Source: an uncultured delta proteobacterium (GTDB lineage Bacteria; Desulfobacterota; Desulfomonilia; Desulfomonilales; Desulfomonilaceae). Taken from it: DNA of 64,000 nt. The stretch is from the NCBI GenBank assembly GCA_963789265.1, contig CAWBKB010000003.1, positions 832,001 through 896,000 on the forward strand, written 5' to 3'. The notes beneath the pieces were generated by a model. It was not told the origin of the DNA. It was given only the letters and a program-made list of their open reading frames with translations, and did no database searches. The position numbers and the translations under genes are program-made. Shown one piece after another: positions 51,546 to 61,081 of the stretch. Position 1 is the stretch's first letter; each line of letters opens with the position of its first letter.

Positions 51546-52397
51546 ATGCTCAATCATTCCACTGGATCTGTCTTCACCGGTGCATCAAAATATGTCCTGG
51601 ATGCGGAGCTTGCGGGGATCGTCAATATTTCTATGGCCCTGGAAATGCCGTTGCTTCTCAAGGGAGAACCCGGGACGGGAAAAACAATGCTCGCGCATGC
51701 AATCGCCGAAAGCCTGAACATGCCGCTCTTTGTGTTGAACGTCAAGTCCAGTCTAAAACTGGTCGATGCCTTGTACCAGTATGACACCCTAACGCGTCTT
51801 AACGACAGCCGGTTCGGAGATTCAAGTCGAGACGTGAGTAATATTGAAGACTACATAAGGATGGGTAAAATAGGACAGGCTTTTGTTTCCGAAACTAAGG
51901 TGGTGTTGCTCATAGATGAAATCGATAAAGCCGACACCGATTTCCAGGACGACATGCTGGACGTCCTCGATCAGATGGAATTCGACATAATGGAAATTGA
52001 CAAGACGGTTAAAGCCAAGACCAGGCCGGTTATAGTCATTACTTCCAACGCCAAGAAAGATCTGTCCGATCCGTTTCTGGGAAGGTGTAATTTCCACCAC
52101 ATTGCGTTTCCCGAGCCCGACATGATGAGGCAGGTTATCCGCGTCCACTTTCCGGACCTTGACAAGGAGATCCTTGATGCATGTGTGAAGACTTTCTATC
52201 GTCTCCGCGAATACCAAGGAATTGAAAAGAAGCCGGCCACCAGAGAACTCATCAACTGGGTGAGGGCCCTTCGTCAGGATCCGGATTTCAGACCTAAGGA
52301 CCTGGTGGCGGGCAAGATCCCATTTCTCGGACTTCTCTTCAAAAAGAGCCCGGATTATCAGCAGGCCCTGTTGCAGGGGCGACGTTTGCGCGGTTGA
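51546..52397 (+). CDS. MoxR-family AAA+ ATPase
   Basis: PLLLKGEPGTGKT, LYQYDTLTRLNDS, VLLIDEIDKAD, ITSN, RELINW. Confidence 0.92.
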   Translation: MLNHSTGSVFTGASKYVLDAELAGIVNISMALEMPLLLKGEPGTGKTMLAHAIAESLNMPLFVLNVKSSLKLVDALYQYDTLTRLNDSRFGDSSRDVSNIEDYIRMGKIGQAFVSETKVVLLIDEIDKADTDFQDDMLDVLDQMEFDIMEIDKTVKAKTRPVIVITSNAKKDLSDPFLGRCNFHHIAFPEPDMMRQVIRVHFPDLDKEILDACVKTFYRLREYQGIEKKPATRELINWVRALRQDPDFRPKDLVAGKIPFLGLLFKKSPDYQQALLQGRRLRG

Positions 52398-52419
52398 ATA
52401 GGACCGGTGTGAGTAAATT

Positions 52420-53613
52420 ATGTTTGTCGATTTTTTCTACACACTGAGGGAATCAGGCGTTCCCGTATCCCCCACGTCGTTCCTTCGCTTGCAGAAGGCC
52501 CTACAATATGGGCTTGTCGCAGGATTGGACGATTTCTATACCACTGCCCGAGCCATATTGGTAAAAAGCGAACGCTATTTTGATATTTACGACAGGGTGT
52601 TCGCGCATTTATTTCAAGGCGCTGAGCTACCGGACTTCCGCGGAATCGATTTAGATTCCGCGGCCCGGCAACTGCTGGAAGAGTGGCTCAAGGAACCAGA
52701 GGCATTGGCCCAGGCTCTCGGAATAAGTCAGGAACAGTTGCGGGGAATGCAGCCGGAAGAGCTGATCAAATACTTTCTTGAGCGACTAAAGGAGCAAACC
52801 GAAGAGCATCACGGCGGCAGCCGCTGGATAGGTACCGGCGGCACGTCCCCAGTGGGCCATTCAGGATTTCACCCAGGTGGAATGCGAGTGGGGGGCAGAT
52901 CGATGGGGAAATCCGCGATAAAGGTCGCGCTGGACAGGCGATATCGTGACTATGCCGTAGAAGGTCCTTTGACGCAGGCCCAGATGGGCGAGGCCCTTAA
53001 AAGGCTTCGGAGGATGATCCCTGTCGGCCCTAAGGACCGGGTAAACGTTGATGAAACTATCAGAGCTACCACGAAGAATGCCGGCGAAATTGAAATCGTC
53101 TTTGAAAGAAGCCTCCGTGATCGGCTCAAAGTAATCTTGATGATAGATAATGGCGGATGGTCCATGGATCCCTATGTGGACGTGGTGCAGACGCTGTTCA
53201 ATTATTCCCGATCACAATTCAAGGATCTGAAAACCTTCTTCTTTCACAACACAATCTACGACTTTGTGTGGGAGGACCCTCCAAGGAGGTATAAACCTCA
53301 ACGTGTGCAGGACTTAGCTGCATGGGATCCCGAAACGAGACTAGTGGTTGTGGGGGACGCGAGCATGGCTCCCTACGAACTAATGGCGACAGACGGGTCC
53401 ATACATATCGAAGAGCGCAGTGGGCTACCAAGCATCGACCGCCTCAACTTGTTGATGGAGTCATTTCCTCATTCAGTGTGGCTCAACCCGACACCTTTGC
53501 ACCTGTGGCCCATGACCAGGACCATTGGAATAATTGCCAATATTTTCTCCATGTTTGAACTCACCTTAGAAGGCCTGGACCAAGCGGTAGTTCATTTGAT
53601 GAGCCGCAATTAG
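52420..53613 (+). CDS. VWA-domain (CoxE-like) partner of MoxR
   Basis: HHGGSRWIGTGGTSPVGHSG, LMIDNGGWSMDP, FFHN.IYD, VVGDASMAPYEL, VWLNP. Confidence 0.88.
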   Translation: MFVDFFYTLRESGVPVSPTSFLRLQKALQYGLVAGLDDFYTTARAILVKSERYFDIYDRVFAHLFQGAELPDFRGIDLDSAARQLLEEWLKEPEALAQALGISQEQLRGMQPEELIKYFLERLKEQTEEHHGGSRWIGTGGTSPVGHSGFHPGGMRVGGRSMGKSAIKVALDRRYRDYAVEGPLTQAQMGEALKRLRRMIPVGPKDRVNVDETIRATTKNAGEIEIVFERSLRDRLKVILMIDNGGWSMDPYVDVVQTLFNYSRSQFKDLKTFFFHNTIYDFVWEDPPRRYKPQRVQDLAAWDPETRLVVVGDASMAPYELMATDGSIHIEERSGLPSIDRLNLLMESFPHSVWLNPTPLHLWPMTRTIGIIANIFSMFELTLEGLDQAVVHLMSRN

Positions 53614-53868
53614 CATCCTGTTGACACTGTGCCCTTGTAGGCTACGGTATCCTACGAGAGGCACAGTCTGACCGCGCTCCTGAGATCCACCCGAACCGCC
53701 CATTAGCTCCGCCTGGGGCGACACTGCGCATTTGCAGGCGCGCTGGCGTCGGTGTGAGACCGGTGTTGATCTCATCGGCGGTTTGATGTAGTTACCTGGC
53801 GGACACGGAACGGCCGTTGCTCGGTGCAGGATCGCAGAAGAGATTTTCAAGATCAGGCAGAAGGCCAG

Positions 53869-56066
53869 TTGGCTCCCAAAACCAAAAGTGTTTTCTTTAT
53901 CATTGCCAGAGTTCTGCGGGTACTTTTTGTCCTGTCCCTCGCATATTTGCTGGTTCTAGTGGGAATAGTAGTGTGGATGTTTGAAGCGAAGTTAAAGAGA
54001 TGGCCCATATTTGTCTACGCGGCCCCTTTCTCGTTGCAGGTTGGGGACGATCTTACCGGATCGCGACTCATGGAACGTCTTGTGAGGCTGGGGTACACAC
54101 GAGGCACCTCTTCCCTCCCCGAGCCGGGTCAGTGGTGCCAGTCCGGATCCACTCTGCACCTCTTTTTGAAATATTCGCCTCTCGTCAGCCAGGGCATTGC
54201 CACTGGTCCGGTTGACATCAGTCTCGACTGGAACCGCGTCCGGTCGATCCGCTTCATGCGATCACATGAAAACGTGAACCGGATTGTTCTCGAACCGGAA
54301 CTGCTAAGTGTATTTGCCGCGCCGCGGTGCGGCCCGGAATTGTGCCGTCCCATTCCGTTAGCCAAAATTCCGTCGCTGTTGGTGGACGCGATTGTTCGCA
54401 CAGAGGATACGCGCTTCTTTTCCCACCGTGGAATAGATCTGCGGTCAATAGGGAGGGCTCTCAAGACTAACCTCAGGGCGGGCCGTTATGTTCAAGGTGG
54501 GAGCACTATACCTCAGCAGCTCATTCGTATGACGGTCCTTACCCCAGAGAAGACTTTGGGTAGAAAAATCAACGAGATCTTGTTGGCACTGGTGGCTGAC
54601 GCAATTTACAGCAAAAAGACCATACTTCAGGCATACTTAAACCGCGTCTATTTTGGGCAATGGGGGCCCTTCCCCATTCAAGGCGTTGCAGAAGCCGCCA
54701 GCCATTTTTTCGGGAAGGATGTCAGCGAACTGACTGCCGCTGAATGCTCTCTGTTGGCGGCTACCATTCGCGCGCCCGGTGTGATCAATCCTCACCGTCA
54801 CCCGCTGAGAACTCAAAGCAGACGAAATATGGTGCTGGGACTTTTGTTCAAGGCCGGAAAAATCTCGCGGGAGCAGTACGACCAGGCTATAAACAGCCCG
54901 GTCAAGGTCGGGAAGCCCGGCGCGCCATCGGTGAGGGCTGCATCATTTCTGGATTTGGTGAAAAATAGCTTGCCGAACCAATTGCCGGGTCCGGCGGGTA
55001 CACGACAAGATGTGGTCACCTCCCTTGACCCGCTGCTTCAAGCTCAGGCGGACTCCACCTTGAAACGTATGGGCGAGGCCGGTGCCTGGGCGCATCTAAT
55101 CCTGGCGAACCCTGTTACAGGCGATTTAAGGGCTTTCATCGCCCCAGCCCCAGGCCGTTGGGATGGAAATGGCGGGAATGTGGAGAGTTTCTTGCCCTTG
55201 ATGATAATCCCCGCCTTAATTCCGGACAAGGAAGACCGCGTCAAATACACGCTTACTTCCCAGATCCTCTCCAACACCCCCACAGGAGGAACAATTACCT
55301 TTCGCGCCGCATTTCGTAATGAAAGAGCCTTCTTAATTCAGCGACTGATTGCCACCGAGGGCGACAAGATTCCGGCTGTGCTCAAGGAATTCGGCGTCAA
55401 TGCAGTGTTCAATCGGGAACACATTTTGACATTGGCTGCGGTTTCACCTATGGAAATGGCAAGAACCTATTCCCTGATGGCGACTCTCGGTAATGCAGCC
55501 CCGTTGAACCCTGGAATCAAGCTTGCAGGGCAAACCTTAACGAATTCCACCGTTGAGAAAAAACGTGTCTCTGTCAAGCCGTCGGTCCTTTTCCTCGTAA
55601 ATTACCTCCTGAAGGGCCTGCACAGCGCGGAAGTTAAAGCTAAAGTGCGCAGCAAAGCCTGGGAGGAGCCCTCCTTCTTCATATCTCGCGATAAAGAAGG
55701 GATATGGAACATGGCATATCGCAGCGATGTGCTTTTCCTGCTACGAATTCCCAGGCATCATCTGGGTCACTTAAACATGAAGGAGGTTGTGAACAAGCTC
55801 CTGCCGAAAACCGGCCCCAGGTACCCGAAGGCCTTCCTGTTGTTCCCGACGGGATCGTGTTCAGGAAGATATGTGTTGAGTCTGGATTACGTGCAACATC
55901 CATCTGCCCTCGCGTCATCCGTGAACCTTTTCTCAAGGGTACTCAGTCGCAAGAATGGTGCCCACTGGTGCATGGATCTAATGCTGTGGGTCCCGAATCA
56001 AGTAAGCAGCCGGGCTTCGCATTACCAGTGCCACATCTGTTTACGAAATTTCGTCACCATTTTTAA
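53869..56066 (+). CDS. PBP1B-like peptidoglycan glycosyltransferase with degenerate transpeptidase domain (frameshift near 55815)
   Basis: TM, UB2H-like segment, GT51 motifs EDTRFFSHRGID / QGGSTIPQQL / RKINE / YLNRVYFG; the C-terminal ICVESG..AT..CP...EPFLKGT..C tail is in another frame. Confidence 0.85.
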
Positions 56067-56313
56067 CAGATGATCTTGGACTTGAGTTATGTGGGGTACG
56101 GCCTTTGCGCAGCATGCCTATGCCCTGCCAAGTTCACGGACCCGCGGCAGGTTGATTGATTGCCGGCGCTATCCGGCCAGGCCTCCGAAGCACGATGTGG
56201 GTCTTCCGTCAGCATGCGACAGAGATGTGCCCGAAATGGCATGAACGGTTGTGATGAAGTGGCATTCACCTGAAAATGCAAGGATGCAACTATTGCATCA
56301 GAAGGGACCCTCT

Positions 56314-56955
56314 ATGGACGATTTTGTTCAGGCCCATCGCAAGATATGGATGGACACCACCTTGGAATCTCTCAAGAAGCATGGTTTTGGGGCAGGATTT
56401 TTTGCTTCGCGGGAAGCCGTTTGTCAATACATAATGGATATAGCCAAGGACTGCCGGACGGTGGGCATCGGCGGAACCCACACGGTCAGGGCTCTTGGGA
56501 TAGTCCGCTTGCTCGAGAAAGCGGGCAAAACTCTCTACGACCACTGGCAATTGAAGCTCGGGACTCCAGAGGAGTTAGAATGCCGCCGAAATCAAATGAG
56601 AGCCGACCTCTTCCTGTCTTCAGTGAACGCGCTAACTATGACTGGGGAGATCGTCAACCGAGAAGGCGCCGGCAACAGAACAAACTCGATGACATTCGGC
56701 CCGCCAAAGGTTGTATTAGTGGCTGGACGGAACAAGATCGTTCGAGATCTCGACGCTGCCGTCGCAAGGATAGAAGAGACCGCTGCCCCTATACGTGCCA
56801 TGAGTCTCAACAGAAAAACGCCCTGTGTGCACACCGGACACTGCATGGACTGCGATTCTCCGCAAAGAATATGCCGCATAACAAGTATTATCCACCGTCA
56901 GCCCATCTTTACAAAGATCACTGTGTGCATCCTGGATGAGGAGTTGGGGTATTAG
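56314..56955 (+). CDS. LUD-domain lactate utilization protein (DUF1121/YkgG-like)
   Basis: VGIGGT, ADLFLSSVNALT..GEIVN.EG.GNR, GRNKIV, PCVHTGHCMDCDSPQRIC, ELGY. Confidence 0.88.
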   Translation: MDDFVQAHRKIWMDTTLESLKKHGFGAGFFASREAVCQYIMDIAKDCRTVGIGGTHTVRALGIVRLLEKAGKTLYDHWQLKLGTPEELECRRNQMRADLFLSSVNALTMTGEIVNREGAGNRTNSMTFGPPKVVLVAGRNKIVRDLDAAVARIEETAAPIRAMSLNRKTPCVHTGHCMDCDSPQRICRITSIIHRQPIFTKITVCILDEELGY

Positions 56956-56957
56956 GA

Positions 56958-57965
56958 ATGGAGATAAATGTCACTGCCCCCAACCGTATTGATCTCGCCG
57001 GCGGCACCACCGATCTCTACCCGCTGCATCTGCTTATGGACGGAGGGTACACGGTGAACGTGGCAATAACATTGAGCAGCCGCGTTTCTTTCAGAGGAGT
57101 CGACGGGCCGGCTATTCGCATTGTTTCCGGAGACCTCAAAGAATCAGCGGAGGCGAGCACTCCGGACGGTCTTCCTTCGGGCGGACGCCTGGGGCTGATA
57201 GCTAAAGCCGTGAGAGCCGTGCCTCCGCAAACAAGCCTGGAGATCATGACTCTTAATGAGGCTCCGGCGGGATCAGGGCTCGGTGCGTCAAGTGCTCTCC
57301 TGGTGGCTTTACTGAGCGGACTTCTAGAGTTACGATCGGAAAAGCAAGACCCGAAGAATCTTGTTGATCTCGCAGTGAATATAGAGACTAACTCCATAGG
57401 AGTCCCCGCGGGGAAGCAGGACCATATAGCCGCTGTTTACGGCGGAGTCTCTCTTATTGATTTTGGATACCGAGGCTTTTCTCGCCGGACAGTCTCCGAA
57501 GAGAAGGCCGTTGTCGAGAGACTCGAGGAGATGATCCTCCTTTCATATACCGGCGAAGGACGATTCTCCGGAATGAATAACTGGGAGATAGTCAAAGGCT
57601 TCATAGATAACGTGGGCTGTATTAGAGACAAACTGACTCAGATCAGAGACGTGGCTCGCCGGGTTGGCCGGACGCTGCTTTCAGGTGAATGGGAGGAACT
57701 CGGCCCGCTTGTAGATCGCGAGTGGCAACTAAGGCGGATGCTTGCCCCCGGCGTAAGCACCCCCAGGACCGAGTCTATAATGGCCGCCGGATCCGCCGCG
57801 GGCGCACTTGCAAACAAGATTTGTGGAGCCGGGGGCGGCGGGTGCATGTTTACTCTGGTCGCGCCGCGGCACCGGAATACAGTGGAGAAAGCACTTGTCG
57901 ATGCAGGCGCGGAAATCATTTCTTTCAAGATAGACCGGGCAGGGGCGGTGTTGACTTACTCTTGA
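56958..57965 (+). CDS. GHMP sugar kinase (HddA, heptose-7-phosphate kinase-like)
   Basis: APNRIDLAGGTTD, PAGSGLGASS, GKQDH, KICGAGGGG. Confidence 0.85.
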   Translation: MEINVTAPNRIDLAGGTTDLYPLHLLMDGGYTVNVAITLSSRVSFRGVDGPAIRIVSGDLKESAEASTPDGLPSGGRLGLIAKAVRAVPPQTSLEIMTLNEAPAGSGLGASSALLVALLSGLLELRSEKQDPKNLVDLAVNIETNSIGVPAGKQDHIAAVYGGVSLIDFGYRGFSRRTVSEEKAVVERLEEMILLSYTGEGRFSGMNNWEIVKGFIDNVGCIRDKLTQIRDVARRVGRTLLSGEWEELGPLVDREWQLRRMLAPGVSTPRTESIMAAGSAAGALANKICGAGGGGCMFTLVAPRHRNTVEKALVDAGAEIISFKIDRAGAVLTYS

Positions 57966-58040
57966 ATTAGAGCTTGCGGACAAGCAGGATTCATGTTAGA
58001 GCCGTTTTCAGATCAAATCCAAAAGCTTGGAGGGTGGGTC

Positions 58041-58343
58041 ATGAGGAGTAAAGTATTTCAAAAAGCGGTTATATTTCTCGTTGTCGCGGCCTTTTCACTC
58101 GTGTCGGTGATCGTATTGGCCGCCGAGAAAAAAGAGAAACCTCAGAAGCACCAGAAACAATGGGTGGTAATTAAGGATAAGAAAGGGAAGTGTAGCGTGC
58201 ATACGACCACCAAGGGCAAGACTCCCAAAACCATTGCAGGTCCGTTCGCGACAAAGGAGCAGGCTGAGGCGGAAAAGGCGAAGTTGTGCCCCAAGACCGA
58301 AAAGCGTACTAAAAAAGGAGCGCCTGCGGCCCAGAAGAAGTAG
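58041..58343 (+). CDS. Small basic secreted protein with two Cys
   Basis: GGAGG RBS, signal peptide ending VLA, WVVIKDKKGKC...IAGPFATKEQAEAEKAKLCP. Confidence 0.75.
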   Translation: MRSKVFQKAVIFLVVAAFSLVSVIVLAAEKKEKPQKHQKQWVVIKDKKGKCSVHTTTKGKTPKTIAGPFATKEQAEAEKAKLCPKTEKRTKKGAPAAQKK

Positions 58344-58360
58344 AGTCCGCCCAGCTTACG

Positions 58361-58562
58361 TACTCCTTTTCGCAAATACGGTCTCGTATTCTGGTACTGT
58401 AGCCGCCATTTCCGCGTACGCGGTCTCGCGTTTCGCGGGACAGTAGGACCGGCATCTTGCCGGTTGTCAGTCAGACCGACCCCCCCGCGGGACGCAAGGT
58501 TGTTCACGAAACGGGACGCCTCAGCTACCGTACAATTGGCACCGCATTTGTGAAACGCTGTA
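58361..58562. mobile_element. MITE-like element containing a REP
   Basis: Left TACTCCTTTTCGCAAATACGGT vs reverse complement of right end TACAGCGTTTCACAAATGCGGT (17/22); internal GTAGGACCGGCATCTTGCCGGT at 58443. Confidence 0.65.
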
Positions 58563-58664
58563 CTTAGGCTTCCAATGAAAATTGCGGGGACGAGACCCTG
58601 GAACTTGTCTCGTTCCCCCTGGCCTTGCCCGACGAAATCCTTCCACAGCCTTACTTCAGAGTGG

Positions 58665-60809
58665 TTAAATGTAACCTAGTTCCATCAATCGCTCTTTGAC
58701 CATCTCTTCTTCTTCCGGACTGTATCCCACAGTCGTCTCCCCGGGATTTCGAATCGGTTCTCCCATTTTACACGAAGTCGAAGACGCCGAATGGCCGGCC
58801 TTCCCTGCTTCTTCATACTTCCCCAATTGGATGATGCTGCCTCGCAGGTCGGTGGGAATCGGAAAATCAAACTCGCCTAATATAGTTGGCGTGATGTCAA
58901 GACACGAAGCTTCTTCAATGCGCATTCCTTTTCTTGTCCCGCTGCGGAGGTCGGACATACGTGCACCGATGAAGATGCCTTCGGGGTCGTGATTTGCATC
59001 GTCCAGTCCTGCAGAACCTTTGGCACGCAGTATCTCGCCGTGTCCCACCGTACCTATTGAACGTCTGCTCAGGCCATCAAAATAGACCATAAGGTCGGGC
59101 GGCACGTTGCGGCAAGCCTGATAAATCTCGTCTGGTTTAAGCACGCAGTTTGCCAGTGAATCCCCATTTTCACCAGCCATTCGCTGCAAACGGTCCGTCA
59201 ACTCCCCGCGCAGAGCCTCGTACTCTGATGGTTCCACTATTCCCTCGGGTTCTCGGCCTCTGACGTTAAAGAAGATTCTGGCATAGTGTCCGCCTTCGCT
59301 CCAGGCCCTTGTGCGAGACCAGTCGATCATATCCGGCACCAGCGGGACTTCCGAGCCGGGTGGGGTGCGTAGAAAAAGGTACCCGTTCTGTATCAACCAT
59401 TCGTTTATGCACACTCCGCCGACAGAGGTTCGCGCTCCGTGATCCGAGACAACCATTACTGTGGTATCGTCGTCCAGCAACGCCAACAGTGAACCTATGC
59501 GAGAGTCGAGAAACTTGTAGAAATCCTTGATTACGTCTCCATAAAGGCATGCGGTATCGTGACCTGAATGATTCGTGTCGAGGTATCCCCAGAAACCGTG
59601 GTGCAGTCGGTCCGGCGCGATTTCGACCATCATGAAGAAGCCCCAAGAGCTGCGGGTCAACAATTCAGCAGCAACGCGAAATCGGCCATCCACCATGCTA
59701 TAGATCTCTGATAAGAGACGCTCTTTGTCTTGGTGCCTAAAATTCTTTACATCCGACAAATACTCTCCGCCGGCGATGCCGGGGAGTTCCGCGGCCAATT
59801 CAGCCGGATAAGTGAACTCAGGACACTCACCCGGCACAGGAAAGCCGGAGACCGTGATGCCCCTGTGAGGTCGGGGCGGATAAGTTTGGGGTATCCCCAG
59901 AAGAATCGATGACTTGCCTATGTTCTCAAGGTAGTCCCAGACTCTGGGCTCCCCGACGTGGCTGGCGTCGGCGATGGCCATTTCCCGGTAGTCATTCCTC
60001 TGTCGATTCCTGAAGCCGTACACGCCCAGTTCTCCTGGGTCTTTACCCGTTGTCATAGTGGTCCACGCCGGAATTGTGATGGGGGGATCCGTGGATCGGA
60101 GGGCCCCCCAGACTCCATGTTCCATCAAGGCGCGCAATGTAGGGAGATCACGGCCCCATTCCTCGAAAACTAGAGAGGCCGGAACGCAGTCCAGTCCGAT
60201 CACCGCAACTTTGCGATGAGATTCGCGTAACAACGCGCCCCGACTCCTGGGACGATGCGTCGACAGACGCGGAAAGCGAGCCTCCAGGAAATGAAGAATC
60301 AAGCTCAAAGATTCTTCAACATCCTTTTCTCCTGTCGAAACGACGAGGTCCGACGCAGAGGGCCGCTCAAAGGCAGATGAAATGCCTGTGAACTCGGCAA
60401 TTTCGCCCTTCCGCGCGCGGGAATAGAGACCTTTCGGGTCTCGAGTTTCACAGATTGCCAGCGGACAGTCCAGAAAGATTTCGACGAATGTCTCCGCTCC
60501 AAACACCCCCCTAACGGCTCGCCGCAGACTTTCCAGAGGAGTAATAAATGCTGCCACCACTATATGACCGGCATCACATAAGATCTTAGCCACCTCTGCG
60601 GCCCTGCGAATATTTTCGGTTCGATCCAAGGCAGAGAATCCGAGATCTCTATTCAGACCTCCGCGCAGCGTGTCTCCATCCAGGAGCACCACAGAGCCGC
60701 CCCTGGATTCGAGTGCCATTTTCAGCGCGGAAGAAAGAGTGGATTTTCCTGAACCCGATAGACCCGTAAGCCAAATGGTCTTTCCATTGCGAGCATCCAT
60801 AAGTACCAC
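58665..60809 (-). CDS. cysC: Adenylyl-sulfate kinase fused to an alkaline-phosphatase-superfamily (type I phosphodiesterase) domain
   Basis: WLTGLSGSGKST, LLDGD.LR, DR.ENIRR, RDPKGLY, FTGISSAFE; then VIGLDC, PPITIPAW...TGKDPG, DRLHH, VSDHG, HDPEGIF, RLMELGY. Confidence 0.88.
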   Translation of the reverse strand: MVLMDARNGKTIWLTGLSGSGKSTLSSALKMALESRGGSVVLLDGDTLRGGLNRDLGFSALDRTENIRRAAEVAKILCDAGHIVVAAFITPLESLRRAVRGVFGAETFVEIFLDCPLAICETRDPKGLYSRARKGEIAEFTGISSAFERPSASDLVVSTGEKDVEESLSLILHFLEARFPRLSTHRPRSRGALLRESHRKVAVIGLDCVPASLVFEEWGRDLPTLRALMEHGVWGALRSTDPPITIPAWTTMTTGKDPGELGVYGFRNRQRNDYREMAIADASHVGEPRVWDYLENIGKSSILLGIPQTYPPRPHRGITVSGFPVPGECPEFTYPAELAAELPGIAGGEYLSDVKNFRHQDKERLLSEIYSMVDGRFRVAAELLTRSSWGFFMMVEIAPDRLHHGFWGYLDTNHSGHDTACLYGDVIKDFYKFLDSRIGSLLALLDDDTTVMVVSDHGARTSVGGVCINEWLIQNGYLFLRTPPGSEVPLVPDMIDWSRTRAWSEGGHYARIFFNVRGREPEGIVEPSEYEALRGELTDRLQRMAGENGDSLANCVLKPDEIYQACRNVPPDLMVYFDGLSRRSIGTVGHGEILRAKGSAGLDDANHDPEGIFIGARMSDLRSGTRKGMRIEEASCLDITPTILGEFDFPIPTDLRGSIIQLGKYEEAGKAGHSASSTSCKMGEPIRNPGETTVGYSPEEEEMVKERLMELGYI

Positions 60810-60927
60810 CTACGTATTATTGTAGCGAATCGTTTTGGAGTATAACACAGCTATCGCGTCCAATCACCGGGGCCGTTAGCCGATGCGCGCTTTATTTGGG
60901 CAGTCCCGAACGTTTGCTTACGGGGAA

Positions 60928-61081
60928 TTGCGGGATCAACCATTCAGTCTTATGGGGCAGTCCCGCGAGGCGCGGGACTGCCTGCCGGGGAAACCCCGGT
61001 TCAATGGCGGGCTGGAAAGCCCACCCCACGAAGCCATCCGCAAATTCCGGCTGCAACTGAGTGCATACTTGCGGGATCAAC
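60928..61081. repeat. Palindrome mosaic flanked by 13-bp direct repeats
   Basis: TTGCGGGATCAAC at 60928 and 61069 enclose GGCAGTCCCGCG-AGG-CGCGGGACTGCC, CCGGGG-AAA-CCCCGG and the REP GGCGGGCTGGAAAGCCCACCCCAC. Confidence 0.7.

Noticed and set aside
9737..61081. Recurrent palindromes as a possible CRISPR array
   Set aside because: Copies are dispersed, not regularly spaced with unique spacers, and there are no cas genes.
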